A stretch of 48,789 bases of DNA from an uncultured Pelolinea sp. (GCA_964505585.1 CAZDIS010000001.1:1-48789); one strand, 5' to 3'. Shown: positions 20,633 through 31,004, counted from the first letter of the stretch. Numbers and translations: made by a program. The notes: generated from the sequence alone by a model not told the origin.

Positions 20633-21209
20633 TATCCAGAACAGAGTGGTTATAAAGCGTCATTGCTCTATCAATACCTTCTTTGATTAGTGTTTCTGCT
20701 GCCGATTCAATCGCATTTAAAACGAATTCCAGATCTTCCTGGTCCTGTTTTGAAAACTTTTTCAACACATAATCCACCGGGTCCATCCGGCCAGGCGGGC
20801 GGCCAATGCCAACACGCAGGCGCGCGAATTCCTGGGTGCCAATCGCAGAAATGATAGATTGCATTCCACGCTGCCCTGCCGACCCTCCATTTGAGCGGAT
20901 CCTTAAACTTCCAAATGGCAGATCCATATCATCATGAATGACCAAAATCCTATCAGGGGTGATCTTATAAAAATTTATGAATGACCGAACAGCTATGCCC
21001 GAGCGATTCATATATGTCAATGGTTTTGCTAAAATGACTTTTTTGCCATCCAGGTTACCTTCCCCGGTCAGCGATTTATATTTGACACGAGAAAGCTCAA
21101 TACGCCAGGATATAGATATCTTATCTACCGCGATAAACCCGATATTATGTCGAGTTCGTTCATATTCTCTACCAGGATTGCCTAATCCAAAAATAATAAA
21201 TGGTTGCAT
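20625..21209 (-). CDS. pth: Peptidyl-tRNA hydrolase
   Basis: GLGNPG, TRHNIGF, KPLTYMNRSG, HDDMDLP, RLRVGIGRP. Confidence 0.96.
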   Translation of the reverse strand: MQPFIIFGLGNPGREYERTRHNIGFIAVDKISISWRIELSRVKYKSLTGEGNLDGKKVILAKPLTYMNRSGIAVRSFINFYKITPDRILVIHDDMDLPFGSLRIRSNGGSAGQRGMQSIISAIGTQEFARLRVGIGRPPGRMDPVDYVLKKFSKQDQEDLEFVLNAIESAAETLIKEGIDRAMTLYNHSVLDNE

Positions 21210-21315
21210 AAATGATTTTTCTTACCGGTCAACTTGTTAGTTTAACATGGTGCATGTTTTTCCGCAAAAATAATTGGATGTCTAATATTTATTTTATACT
21301 TTGAGAACTTCATTA

Positions 21316-21324
21316 TGCTATAAT
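21316..21324 (+). promoter_or_regulatory. Extended -10 upstream of the membrane protein/ytxH pair
   Basis: TGCTATAAT at 21316-21324. Confidence 0.5.
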
Positions 21325-21352
21325 AAATTTTATTGAAAGAACTGTATAAAAT

Positions 21353-21769
21353 ATGGAAACAAAGAAGCAAGAACAGAAAAACAAAACCACGCTCATCATC
21401 GTTATTGCAATCATGCTGCTCATCATAGTGGGCATGATCGTCGGAATAGTCGCCCTTTCAAGTTCTACCGCACAAAATATTGAAAAGGTAAGGGATATTT
21501 TTATTATCGTTCTCGCTTTTGAGTCATTGCTCATAGGCAGCGCACTCATTATCTTGATCATCCAATTGGCATTATTATCCAATTTGATCCAAAACGAGAT
21601 CGCACCGATTTTGAGCTCCACCAAAGAAACAGTTCAGACCGTAAAAGGCACCAGCAAGTTTATATCGGATAAAGCAGTTTCACCAATTCTATCGGTGGCT
21701 GGATTAGTTGCGGGTGGCAAGAAGTTCTTTGAATTAGTTGGGTTTATTAGAAATAAGAAAAAGGAGTAA
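21353..21769 (+). CDS. Two-TM hypothetical membrane protein (DUF948/YtxG-like position)
   Basis: Two hydrophobic helices followed by an amphipathic segment; 2 nt upstream of a ytxH-like gene. Confidence 0.65.
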   Translation: METKKQEQKNKTTLIIVIAIMLLIIVGMIVGIVALSSSTAQNIEKVRDIFIIVLAFESLLIGSALIILIIQLALLSNLIQNEIAPILSSTKETVQTVKGTSKFISDKAVSPILSVAGLVAGGKKFFELVGFIRNKKKE

Positions 21770-21771
21770 AT

Positions 21772-22140
21772 ATGTCAGATAGAGATGATTTTGGAGCATT
21801 CGTTTTTGGGTTTTTTGTCGGTGGTTTAACCGGCGCATTAGCGGCACTTCTGTTCGCCCCCCAGTCTGGAACAGAGACACGCACGATGATTCGTGACAAA
21901 GCAATTGAATTAAAGGACCAGACAACGGAAACGGTTGAACAAACACTAGAAAAAGCGGATGCGGCTGCTAAAGAAGCAGTTAAAAAAGCAGAGGCACTTT
22001 TAGCAGAAGCTAAGAAAAAAGCAACTGAGGTCAGCGAAAAAGGCCAGGTTTTCTTAGAAGAAAGCAAGGAAAAAGTAGCGAAAACAGCCAGCAAAGCAAA
22101 GAAGGCTGTAGAACCGAAGAAGTCAGCCAAAGCTTCATAA
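21772..22140 (+). CDS. YtxH domain protein
   Basis: GFFVGGLTGALAALLFAPQSGTETR followed by an Ala/Lys/Glu coiled coil; AGGAG SD. Confidence 0.9.
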   Translation: MSDRDDFGAFVFGFFVGGLTGALAALLFAPQSGTETRTMIRDKAIELKDQTTETVEQTLEKADAAAKEAVKKAEALLAEAKKKATEVSEKGQVFLEESKEKVAKTASKAKKAVEPKKSAKAS

Positions 22141-22171
22141 TATAATAACCAAAAAATACGAAAAATTTCAA

Positions 22172-22209
22172 TAACGGCGTTCTTTTATCAGCACGCCGTT
22201 AAATTTTTT
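22172..22209. terminator. Probable terminator between convergent ytxH and nnr
   Basis: 9-bp stem TAACGGCGT (22172-22180)/ACGCCGTTA (22193-22201) followed by a T-tract. Confidence 0.5.
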
Positions 22210-23804
22210 AATACATTGGGGATCTGTTCGATAATATCACTGGCAATCGTAGAAGCACTCTGGCCATATCTGTTTTCCGAATATAACCCCGCTATGCCAT
22301 GCATCCAGGAAGCAGCCACTGCTGCGCTGTAAGCGTCCATTCCCTGCGTTAATAATCCGGTTATCATGCCAGCCAGAATATCGCCGGAACCCGCGGTAGC
22401 AAGCGCTGGCGTTGCAATTGGTGTAATTGCACTTTTGTTGTGTGGTCCGGCAATGACAGTAGCCGCTCCCTTCAAAACAACAATGTGACCACAAGCATCA
22501 GCAAACCGCTGGGCGGTTTCCATTCGGCTTTCTTGAATTTCTTTAATAGATAATCCCGTTAAACTTGCCATCTCCCCAGGGTGCGGTGTTAGTACAGCTG
22601 GTTTTTCAATTTTTTCATGCCAATTGTCGATCTGAGCTAACGCGCGTAGCGCGTCCGCGTCAATAACCAGATTGGGTTGTGATGCATGATCTTCACTGAT
22701 TCTATGGCGATTTGTTGTAAATCCCAACCCTCCCCCTGATCCTGCACGATTATCAAAATCTAGAAACGTATCCAAAAAACTTATTGTTTCCTTTTCCAAT
22801 CCAATCCCCGGGCCTAAAAGGACTGTATTGTATTTTGCTACGTGGTCGAACAATATTCTTGCCGCATTGTCATTTAAGAATCCCAACTCATGCGGCAGCA
22901 TCAGCCAGATCGATTCTGGCAATCCGCCTATTAAGCTATCGTAAATCGCTGCTGGAACGCCAGTACAAACCAGACCCGCACCCACCCGATAAGCTGATTT
23001 TGCAGCAAGCAGCGGTGCGCCAGGATATTGAGTAGATCCGCCGACAATTAAACACTTGCCAAAGGTGCCTTTATGCGCATCGAAAGGCCTTTTCGGTAGA
23101 AGGGCATAAACTGATTCACTATCTGCGGCCCATACCATGTCACCTGCCATATTTAAAATACTCGCAGGCAAACCAATATCACCATGTATGACCTCTCCCA
23201 CCATACCAATCGCGGGAGGTTTCAATAATCCTTTTTTTAACGCGGCCATACAAACCGTGATCTCGGCTTTCAGAGTCTCAGGCGCACATTCTCCACTATC
23301 ACAATCCACTCCGGATGGGCAGTCAACTGCGATCACGTGAATACAACCTGCATATTTCCTGACAAGGGAAAGTAATGGAGGGATCGGCCCTCGCAGAGGA
23401 AGTTTGAATCCTGTGCCCAGAATACCGTCCAATAGCACTTTAGTATTTCGCAAGTCAAAGATCAGTTTTTCTTCATCCGCTTCCTGATTCCACGTAATGA
23501 CCTCTCCTCCGTTTTTGACGAGGTCTGTAAGCAATGGATCCTCTGCAGGGCGTTCTTTCACAATTAGAGCTTTGGTTTGCCATCCGGATTTTTGCATCAT
23601 TGTGAGAGCGATCAGCGTATCACCGCCATTATTCCCCGACCCTACCAAACCAAGGACTGTTTTCTGTCTTAGTGAAGAATACCTACGTATAACGACATTC
23701 GCGATTGAATTACCTGCATTGCGCATCATTTGCTTGTAGCTCAACCCCTGATTATTGGCTTTCTTTTCAATTTCTATCATCTCTGGAACAGTGACTACAC
23801 GCAT
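22188..23804 (-). CDS. nnr: Bifunctional NAD(P)H-hydrate epimerase/dehydratase (YjeF)
   Basis: GSGNNGGD, DGILGTG, AVDCPSG, HKGTFG, GPGIG, DADAL, TPHPGEM, LATAGSGD. Confidence 0.95.
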   Translation of the reverse strand: MRVVTVPEMIEIEKKANNQGLSYKQMMRNAGNSIANVVIRRYSSLRQKTVLGLVGSGNNGGDTLIALTMMQKSGWQTKALIVKERPAEDPLLTDLVKNGGEVITWNQEADEEKLIFDLRNTKVLLDGILGTGFKLPLRGPIPPLLSLVRKYAGCIHVIAVDCPSGVDCDSGECAPETLKAEITVCMAALKKGLLKPPAIGMVGEVIHGDIGLPASILNMAGDMVWAADSESVYALLPKRPFDAHKGTFGKCLIVGGSTQYPGAPLLAAKSAYRVGAGLVCTGVPAAIYDSLIGGLPESIWLMLPHELGFLNDNAARILFDHVAKYNTVLLGPGIGLEKETISFLDTFLDFDNRAGSGGGLGFTTNRHRISEDHASQPNLVIDADALRALAQIDNWHEKIEKPAVLTPHPGEMASLTGLSIKEIQESRMETAQRFADACGHIVVLKGAATVIAGPHNKSAITPIATPALATAGSGDILAGMITGLLTQGMDAYSAAVAASWMHGIAGLYSENRYGQSASTIASDIIEQIPNVLKNLTAC

Positions 23805-23866
23805 CGTTTTCTTTCCCTTAGTTTTTCCTAATCATACAATGAAATTTATCAAGCACGTCCATCGGG

Positions 23867-23872
23867 TATAAT
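23867..23872 (+). promoter_or_regulatory. -10 box 6 nt before the ATG; probable leaderless promoter
   Basis: TATAAT-TCGCGC-ATG with no SD. Confidence 0.55.
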
Positions 23873-23878
23873 TCGCGC

Positions 23879-25432
23879 ATGCGACGCTTCCTTTACATCG
23901 CCGTTTTTTCAGCGGGTTTGGCAACCATGGCAGTGGAATTATCGGCTTCCCGCCTATTGGGTAATTATTTCGGCACCAGTAACTTGGTGTGGGCAGCAAT
24001 TATCGGATTGATCCTCATTTACCTCTCTGTTGGATATTCTCTGGGCGGAAGATGGGCTGACAGATCTCCAACTTATACAACTTTCTATAAGATCCTCCTC
24101 TGGGCTGGATTCTTTATCGGCCTCATTCCGATCATTTCCCGTCCAATTCTGCGGTTTGCCAGCCAGGCATTTGACCAGCTCCAAAGCGCATCCATGATCG
24201 GATCCTTTGCCGTTGTTCTGATTCTATTCTCAATTCCTATTACCCTCCTTGGCACAGCTTCCCCATTTGCGATCAAGTTGGCATTAAAAGATCAAGAGCA
24301 GGTCGGCAGCATAGCAGGTAAGATCTATACTATTTCAACCATTGGCTCTTTCATAGGCACATTCTTACCTGTCCTCTTGCTTGTACCGCTCTTAGGCACA
24401 TACCGTACATTTATCAGTATTAGCTTTTTTATGCTTCTGATTGCAATTATTGGACTCATGGTGAGTAGAGCAAAAAACGAGGCCTTGACCCATCTCTGGA
24501 TGCTAATTTTAATCATCATCCTCGCCATTCTTGGATTACGCGGATACGATAAGCAGGCGGATGGGATCATTGTAGAACGCGAATCTGCATATAACTATAT
24601 TCAGGTGCAGGAGATCAACGACTATTATCTTCTAAGGCTCAATGAAGGACAGGGCATTCATTCGATCTATCACCCGACCCGGAATGATTTTAGCGGTCCC
24701 TGGGAGCAGGTCCTTTCCGCTCCATTTTTTAATCCCGCACCAGTTTCACCCGATAAAATTGATCGCATTGCCATTCTAGGTTTGGCTGCTGGAACCAGTG
24801 CCAACCAGATCAACTACGCTTTGCCAGAAACCATCGTGGATGGGTATGAGATTGACCCGCTCATTGTCAGGACCGGGATCGAGTTTTTTGGGCTTTCTGA
24901 TGAGACTGTGAACATTTATATCGAAGACGCCCGCTGGGGAATAACCCACAACGATAACCTCTACGGGGTTATCAGTATTGATGCCTACACACCCCCATAT
25001 ATTCCCTGGCATTTAACAACTGCTGAATTTTTTACCGCTGTCTCAGATCATCTTTCGGAAAACGGGGTCATGGTGATCAATGTTGCCCGTATATTTGAAG
25101 ATCGTGAATTATTGAATACACTCTACGCGACAATCAACTCGGTATTCCAGGATACCTACGTTGTTGACCTGCCCGGCACACTCAATTCAATGATCTTCGC
25201 TACAAAAAATCCTACACATCAGGATAACCTGGTCGCGAACTATATCGCCTTATCATCAGATTCTGGAACACCATCATTGCTTTTATCCGCTTTAGAGACA
25301 ACCTCCCTCAATTTACAACCGCCGCCTTCCGAAGGTATCATCCTGCGAGATGATAAAGCGCCGATCGAGTGGATCACCAATAGGATGATCGTGGAATTAT
25401 TGTTTTCCGATAATCTACAAAACTTGCAATGA
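23879..25432 (+). CDS. Fused membrane domain / spermidine-synthase-like SAM-binding protein
   Basis: About 7 N-terminal TM helices (SRLLGNYFGTS, GGRWADR, STIGSFIGTF), then LGLAAGT, YEIDP, EDAR, IDAY and LRDDKAPIE. Confidence 0.85.
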   Translation: MRRFLYIAVFSAGLATMAVELSASRLLGNYFGTSNLVWAAIIGLILIYLSVGYSLGGRWADRSPTYTTFYKILLWAGFFIGLIPIISRPILRFASQAFDQLQSASMIGSFAVVLILFSIPITLLGTASPFAIKLALKDQEQVGSIAGKIYTISTIGSFIGTFLPVLLLVPLLGTYRTFISISFFMLLIAIIGLMVSRAKNEALTHLWMLILIIILAILGLRGYDKQADGIIVERESAYNYIQVQEINDYYLLRLNEGQGIHSIYHPTRNDFSGPWEQVLSAPFFNPAPVSPDKIDRIAILGLAAGTSANQINYALPETIVDGYEIDPLIVRTGIEFFGLSDETVNIYIEDARWGITHNDNLYGVISIDAYTPPYIPWHLTTAEFFTAVSDHLSENGVMVINVARIFEDRELLNTLYATINSVFQDTYVVDLPGTLNSMIFATKNPTHQDNLVANYIALSSDSGTPSLLLSALETTSLNLQPPPSEGIILRDDKAPIEWITNRMIVELLFSDNLQNLQ

Positions 25433-26103
25433 AAAAAAAGAGCTTTGTATACACCCTGATTGCCATCCTCACGCCGATTCTGATCATTACATCAGGCATG
25501 CGCGTCGCTTTATCGCCTCTCTTTTATCATCTGGAATACCGTCTTCCAAATTTTCCTCCCGATGAATATGGATTTACCCTTACCGATCGCCTGCGATGGG
25601 CGGATTTTTCAATCGATTTTATTGCTGGCAGGATTGATTCTGATACATTTTCCGGAGCGCGGTTACCCGATGGCAGTCGTCTCTTCAATGAAAGGGAGAT
25701 CGCGCATATGGTTGATGTTCGTGATCTTACCGTGATCATGCTTTGGGTTTGGCGGTTTTTATTGATCCTTTTCATTGACGCTTACTTTGTTTCACGGAAG
25801 GATCAAGATAGAAACATTTATTTTAGAGCAATAGCAACAGGCGGCAAGGCAACAATTACTATCATCGCCGGGGTATTACTTTTTCTTGTGATCAATTTTA
25901 ATCAGTTGTTTACGGCTTTCCATCGCATCTTTTTCGAAGGTGATACTTGGTTATTTTTCTACACAGACTCCCTGATACGGCTCTTTCCGCTGAAATTCTG
26001 GCAGGACTTATTTATTTTTATTGGGCTGTTAAGTCTTGTCTTCAGTGTAGCCGTTATCCTGATATATCGGAAAAAACGAAAGATACCGAACCTTAATTCT
26101 TAG
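25429..26103 (+). CDS. Integral membrane protein, TIGR01906/DUF1461 family
   Basis: FNEREIAHMVDV, FTAFHRIFF..DTWLF, LIRLFP..FW; ATGA overlap with the upstream gene. Confidence 0.85.
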   Translation: MKKKSFVYTLIAILTPILIITSGMRVALSPLFYHLEYRLPNFPPDEYGFTLTDRLRWADFSIDFIAGRIDSDTFSGARLPDGSRLFNEREIAHMVDVRDLTVIMLWVWRFLLILFIDAYFVSRKDQDRNIYFRAIATGGKATITIIAGVLLFLVINFNQLFTAFHRIFFEGDTWLFFYTDSLIRLFPLKFWQDLFIFIGLLSLVFSVAVILIYRKKRKIPNLNS

Positions 26104-26133
26104 TGGGCTTATTTGATTGCGGACTAACCCACC

Positions 26134-27261
26134 TTATCCGATAGATTTCACATACATAGTGTGTGATTTATAAAAATCAATTCCAAAGGCGCTAAGTTCG
26201 CGGCGCATTTTCTCATTTTCAAGCCCAATTTGCACCAAATCCGCGTGTTCATAAGGTCCCGATTTTACGCTTTGGGCCATTTCATCAAAGAGAACCGCAG
26301 TGCCGCCTAATCCGCGATACGCATCGATGATCCCCGCCCCGTTAATATTGATCCATTTTGTTCGGTGCAATTCAATCAGCATGCGCAGCCATCCAAACGG
26401 AAACATTCGCCCATGCGATTTCTGAACTGCCGCGGAGATATCCGGATACGCAAGCAAAAAACCAATTGCTTTATCATCACCCTTCATCAACACCTTTATG
26501 ATCCGGGGGTCGGCAAACCATAAGATCTGGTTAGCCATGGCTTCAACATCTTCATCTGTAAGTGGCGGATTTCCTGACGTACCAACCAGAGACCCATTGT
26601 AAAGATCTTTTATGTGCGGCAGCATTTTTCTCAGGTCTTTGCGGGATTGAAAATTCTGAACACGCACTCCCCACCGCTTCTGGACCTTCTCAGAAACAAT
26701 ATGGACCTTTTCTGGGATCTCCTGCCCGCGGTGCAGGTAACCTGAAAGCAGCTCCCGGTCTTTTTGAAAACCGATCTTTTCAATTAATTCTTGATAGTAC
26801 GCGTAATTATAAGGAATGCCGAAGGCCGGCCGGTGCTGAAATCCTTTCGTCAACAATCCCATCCCGTTCAATGCAGCAAACCCTTTGGGACCATAGACCT
26901 CATTCAGTCCGCGCGCCTCAGCCCAGGCTTCTCCATGTTTAAAAAGTGCTCTTGCAACCTCCAAGTCATCAATCACATCAAATAGATAAAAGAAAGCGCG
27001 GTTTGTTCCACTTCGCGCATTATATGGTTTGTTTTCGATCATCGCGATGCGACCTGCCAATTCCCCATTTGCATCCCGGGCGATAAAGAATGAAGCATCA
27101 GATGTCTGATAAAAAGGATGTTTTTTCCGATCTAACATACTTTTCGCGTCCGTTATTATTGGAGGCACCCATAGTGAACAATCAGCGTATAGCTTAAATG
27201 GAAATTGAATAAATTGGTTGACTTGAATTTGATTTTCGGTATTGATCTCGGTTATCATCAT
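26134..27261 (-). CDS. GNAT-fold N-acyltransferase-like protein (YghO-like)
   Basis: FIQFPFKLY..WVPP, HPFY, GRIA, YNYAYY, YRGLGG. Start placed at the ATG-ATG 27261/27258; the track start 27324 runs into the divergent promoter. Confidence 0.7.
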   Translation of the reverse strand: MMITEINTENQIQVNQFIQFPFKLYADCSLWVPPIITDAKSMLDRKKHPFYQTSDASFFIARDANGELAGRIAMIENKPYNARSGTNRAFFYLFDVIDDLEVARALFKHGEAWAEARGLNEVYGPKGFAALNGMGLLTKGFQHRPAFGIPYNYAYYQELIEKIGFQKDRELLSGYLHRGQEIPEKVHIVSEKVQKRWGVRVQNFQSRKDLRKMLPHIKDLYNGSLVGTSGNPPLTDEDVEAMANQILWFADPRIIKVLMKGDDKAIGFLLAYPDISAAVQKSHGRMFPFGWLRMLIELHRTKWININGAGIIDAYRGLGGTAVLFDEMAQSVKSGPYEHADLVQIGLENEKMRRELSAFGIDFYKSHTMYVKSIG

Positions 27262-27368
27262 TATTCTCAACCCATTCAAATGTTTAGAACATTGTATCAA
27301 CATATTTATCAGCGATATTTGCATTCAGTTATAATCACTTTTTATTTAAGAAGGGCAATGGAGAAAGT

Positions 27369-29186
27369 TTGAAAACAGAAAAACCATCGAATTTAGCTCT
27401 CAACCTCAAGCAGATTTTAACCAAGGATCGCCTTAAGGGATTGTGGCGTTTGATGTCTGGTTATCAGCATCTGTTCCTGATCGCAGTTACTGCGCAGGGA
27501 TTTTCCGCGTATTCAAAAACGCTGACATATCTCTTATTAAGCTACTTTGTTGACAATTACATTACCCAGCAAACCGGGGCTTATCCTGTTTGGGTCATCG
27601 CAGTAGGTTTTGTCCTTTCCGCCGGATTGCAGGGACTCTTCACATACATCAGCGGACGATTTGCAGCAAAAACAGCCGAAAGCACCGTCCAACGCTTGCG
27701 AAACTTCCTTTTTGACCATATCCAGCACCTTCCCTTCGCGTATCATGCCGAGACGGATACAGGCGACCTTATATCCCGATGCACGTCGGATATCGATGCC
27801 ATCCGAAAATTTTACAGCGATCAAGCTATTGGTATCGGCCGCATCAGCTTACTCTTCATCATCAACTTTATCGCCCTCCTAGGGATCAATACCAGACTGG
27901 GGCTTTTGTCAATTATTGTCGTCCCCTTCATCCTGCTCGTCTCCATCTACTTCTTCAAAAAGGTTTCTAAGGCATACGAAGCCTACCAGGAACAAGAGGC
28001 TATCCTCTCTACCACCCTGCAGGAGAACCTGAGCGGTGTGCGTGTCGTTAAGGCTTTTGCGCGCCAACCCTATGAGATCGAGAAATTCGAGAAAAATAAT
28101 TGGGAAAAATTCCAACGCGGAAAAAAGCTCCTCAGTATCCATTCCACCTTCTGGCCGATTTCTGATATTCTCTGCGGCCTGCAGATGCTGGGTGGATACC
28201 TTATGGGAGCATTAATGGCGATTAATGGGACGATCACGATCGGCGAATATCTTGCTTATGCCGGGCTGGTCATCTATATCATTTATCCACTGCGCGGTCT
28301 TGGCCGTTTCATCGTACAGATGTCCAACGGACTGGTTTCGTATGATCGCCTCTTCAAGATCATCAAACAGGATCGCGAACCTATTGACACCGGCAGCTAT
28401 TTACCCGCTGGCAGTATTTCTGGAAATCTTACCTTCGAAAATGTCAGCTTTGGCTATGAGGATAATGACTGTGTCTTGAAAGATATCAGTTTCCAGGTGA
28501 ACGAAGGTCAGGTTATCGCTTTGCTTGGCGCTACCGGCTCTGGAAAAACAACTCTTGTCAACCTGCTTCCCCGCTTCTATGATTACACGAGCGGAGAGAT
28601 ACGACTGGACAGTATTCCCTTAAGTAAATATCCGCGCCGCCTCCTGAGAGATGCAATTGGCATTGTGGAACAGGAACCATTCCTTTTCTCACGATCCATT
28701 AAGGATAATATTACTTATGGTGTAAAACGCGAAGTCACCCGTGAGGAGATCGAAGGCGCGGCAAAAGTTGCAGCAGTCCACGATGTCATTCTTTCTTTTC
28801 TTGATGGTTACAAAACCCTGGTTGGTGAAAAAGGTGTAACCCTTTCCGGTGGACAGAAACAACGTATCGCCATCGCCCGTACGCTCCTCCGCGACCCGCG
28901 CATTCTCATCCTGGATGATTCAACCTCATCTGTCGATACTGAAACAGAAGGTCAGATCCGATCGGCAATGCAGGTCCTTATGCAGAATCGCACGACTTTC
29001 ATCATTGCGCATCGCATCCAAAGCATTATGACCGCAGACCTTATCCTTGTTATGAAAAATGGCCGAATCATTCAGTGCGGAAAGCACCATCAGCTTGTCA
29101 CCCAGGCAGGCATCTATCAGGAGATCTACAATATGCAAACACGGATCGAAACGGAGTTGAACGAGGAATTATCTTATGCCAGTTAA
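27369..29186 (+). CDS. ABC exporter half-transporter (TMD+NBD), degenerate-site subunit
   Basis: 6 TM helices, GATGSGKT, LSGGQKQR, Walker B ILDDSTS (D in place of the catalytic E), AHR. Confidence 0.93.
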   Translation: MKTEKPSNLALNLKQILTKDRLKGLWRLMSGYQHLFLIAVTAQGFSAYSKTLTYLLLSYFVDNYITQQTGAYPVWVIAVGFVLSAGLQGLFTYISGRFAAKTAESTVQRLRNFLFDHIQHLPFAYHAETDTGDLISRCTSDIDAIRKFYSDQAIGIGRISLLFIINFIALLGINTRLGLLSIIVVPFILLVSIYFFKKVSKAYEAYQEQEAILSTTLQENLSGVRVVKAFARQPYEIEKFEKNNWEKFQRGKKLLSIHSTFWPISDILCGLQMLGGYLMGALMAINGTITIGEYLAYAGLVIYIIYPLRGLGRFIVQMSNGLVSYDRLFKIIKQDREPIDTGSYLPAGSISGNLTFENVSFGYEDNDCVLKDISFQVNEGQVIALLGATGSGKTTLVNLLPRFYDYTSGEIRLDSIPLSKYPRRLLRDAIGIVEQEPFLFSRSIKDNITYGVKREVTREEIEGAAKVAAVHDVILSFLDGYKTLVGEKGVTLSGGQKQRIAIARTLLRDPRILILDDSTSSVDTETEGQIRSAMQVLMQNRTTFIIAHRIQSIMTADLILVMKNGRIIQCGKHHQLVTQAGIYQEIYNMQTRIETELNEELSYAS

Positions 29187-30987
29187 TCAATTTGACGAAC
29201 AAGAATTTTCGGGCAAACTGACTGGAAAGATTATCCGCCGAATCCTTTCCCTTCTAAAACCATATTGGCAATGGGTCGCTGGTTTTCTGCTTTCCATCAT
29301 CACCGTCTCCGTTCTGGATGCGTATTTTACTTATCTCAGCAAACAGATCGTTGATGAGGGTATCCTCGCTGGGGATGTACAGCGGCTGTACAACATTATC
29401 ACCCGCTATGGGCTGCTCATTTTAATGCAATCCGCATCAATCTTCGGTTTTGTTTATTTGGTCGGTGTGCTTGGTGAGCGGGTGCGTTATGACTTACGGC
29501 AATCATTGTTCGACCATTTGCAAAAGCTGTCCCTTTCCTATTACAGCCAAACGCCAGTCGGTTGGATCATATCGCGCGTCACCAATGATACCGAGCGTGT
29601 CGCTGAGTTGATGACCTGGGGATTGCTTGACGCAGTCTGGGGCGCAGTCAATATACTCACATCCCTGGCCTTTATGTTTTCGATCAATTGGCGGTTGGCG
29701 TTGATCGTGTTGGCCATCATGCCATTCCTGATAATCACCGCCATTCAGTTCCAGAAACGCATCCTCAAGCAATTCCGCGAAGTGCGCAAGGTCAACTCCA
29801 AGATCACCGCTTCCTACAATGAGAACATTACCGGTGTGCGCGTGGTCAAGGCGCTTGGCCGTGAAGACCAGAATATTGCTGAATTCAGGGAACTTACTGA
29901 TAATATGTTTCGCTCTGGATTTCGCGCTGCCTGGCTCAGCGCTCTTTTCCTGCCGATGGTCGAGATCATCTCCGCATTCGCTATCGGCGGCATCATCTGG
30001 TACAGCGGCGCGCAGATCCAGTTCCAGGGCATTACCATCGGCGGCATCCAGGCCTTCCTCTCCTACATGGTCTTCATGATGTGGCCCATTCAGGACCTTG
30101 CTCGCGTTTTTGCCGAGCTTCAGCGTGCAGTTGCCTCCGCGGAACGTATCTTCTCACTCGTTGATACCACCCCTGAGATCCAGAATAAACCGCAGGCAAT
30201 TGATCCAGGCACGATACAGGGTGACATCCAATTCGAACATGTTTTCTTCTGGTACGAGGATGAACTCCCCGTCATTAAGGACCTCAACCTCATCATTCAG
30301 CGCGGTGAGACCATTGCCCTGGTCGGTTCCACCGGCGGCGGTAAGACCACCATCGTCAACCTGCTCTGCCGGTTCTACGAACCCAAACGCGGCCGCATCC
30401 TCATCGGTGGCCATGATTACACGGATCTCTCGCTCGAGGCCATCCAATCCCGCATCGGCATTGTCCTCCAGACCCCGCACCTCTTCTCTGGCACCATCAA
30501 GGAAAACATCGCCTACGGTCGTCTCAACGCCACCCAGGGAGAGATCGAGCGCGCGGCAAAGCTCACCCGCGCCCATGAATTTATTGCTCGTTTTGAAAAG
30601 GGTTACGATGAACCCGTTGGTGAAGGCGGCGTTCTGCTCTCCGTCGGCCAGAAGCAGCTCATCAGTCTCGCGCGCGCGGTCCTCTCCGACCCCGAGATCT
30701 TCATCATGGACGAAGCCACCAGCTCGGTCGACACTCTCACCGAAGCGCTGATCCAGTCCGGCATGGAAGCCGTCATGCGCGGCCGCACCTCTTTCGTCAT
30801 CGCCCACCGCCTGTCCACCATCAAGCGCGCCGATCGCATCCTCGTCATCGAAAGCGGGCACATCGCCGAGATGGGCACCCACCGCGAACTGCTCTTCAAA
30901 AAAGGGAAATACTACGACCTCTATACCCGCCAGTTCCGCTCCGAACGCGAAATGGCGTATGATGTTTTTTCACCGGAAAAAACGTAA
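29176..30987 (+). CDS. ABC exporter half-transporter (TMD+NBD), consensus-site subunit
   Basis: GSTGGGKT, degenerate signature LSVGQ, Walker B IMDEATS, AHRLST. The 11-nt overlap with its partner fits a TM287/288-type heterodimer. Confidence 0.93.
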   Translation: MPVNQFDEQEFSGKLTGKIIRRILSLLKPYWQWVAGFLLSIITVSVLDAYFTYLSKQIVDEGILAGDVQRLYNIITRYGLLILMQSASIFGFVYLVGVLGERVRYDLRQSLFDHLQKLSLSYYSQTPVGWIISRVTNDTERVAELMTWGLLDAVWGAVNILTSLAFMFSINWRLALIVLAIMPFLIITAIQFQKRILKQFREVRKVNSKITASYNENITGVRVVKALGREDQNIAEFRELTDNMFRSGFRAAWLSALFLPMVEIISAFAIGGIIWYSGAQIQFQGITIGGIQAFLSYMVFMMWPIQDLARVFAELQRAVASAERIFSLVDTTPEIQNKPQAIDPGTIQGDIQFEHVFFWYEDELPVIKDLNLIIQRGETIALVGSTGGGKTTIVNLLCRFYEPKRGRILIGGHDYTDLSLEAIQSRIGIVLQTPHLFSGTIKENIAYGRLNATQGEIERAAKLTRAHEFIARFEKGYDEPVGEGGVLLSVGQKQLISLARAVLSDPEIFIMDEATSSVDTLTEALIQSGMEAVMRGRTSFVIAHRLSTIKRADRILVIESGHIAEMGTHRELLFKKGKYYDLYTRQFRSEREMAYDVFSPEKT

Positions 30988-31004
30988 GTCAGAACAATTT
31001 TAAT

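Noticed and set aside
26103-26132. GTGGG...CCCAC possible hairpin between convergent genes
   Set aside because: The stem is short and interrupted with no U-tract on either side, so it is not called a terminator
30098-30882. Long alternative-frame and antisense ORFs (30098..30751 +, 30154..30882 -)
   Set aside because: They lie inside the ABC NBD. C-ending codon bias removes stops from other frames, and the translations have no recognisable motifs.
27369-30987. Non-canonical Walker B (DDSTS) and signature (LSVGQ) as signs of pseudogenisation
   Set aside because: This is the normal asymmetric pattern of heterodimeric ABC exporters
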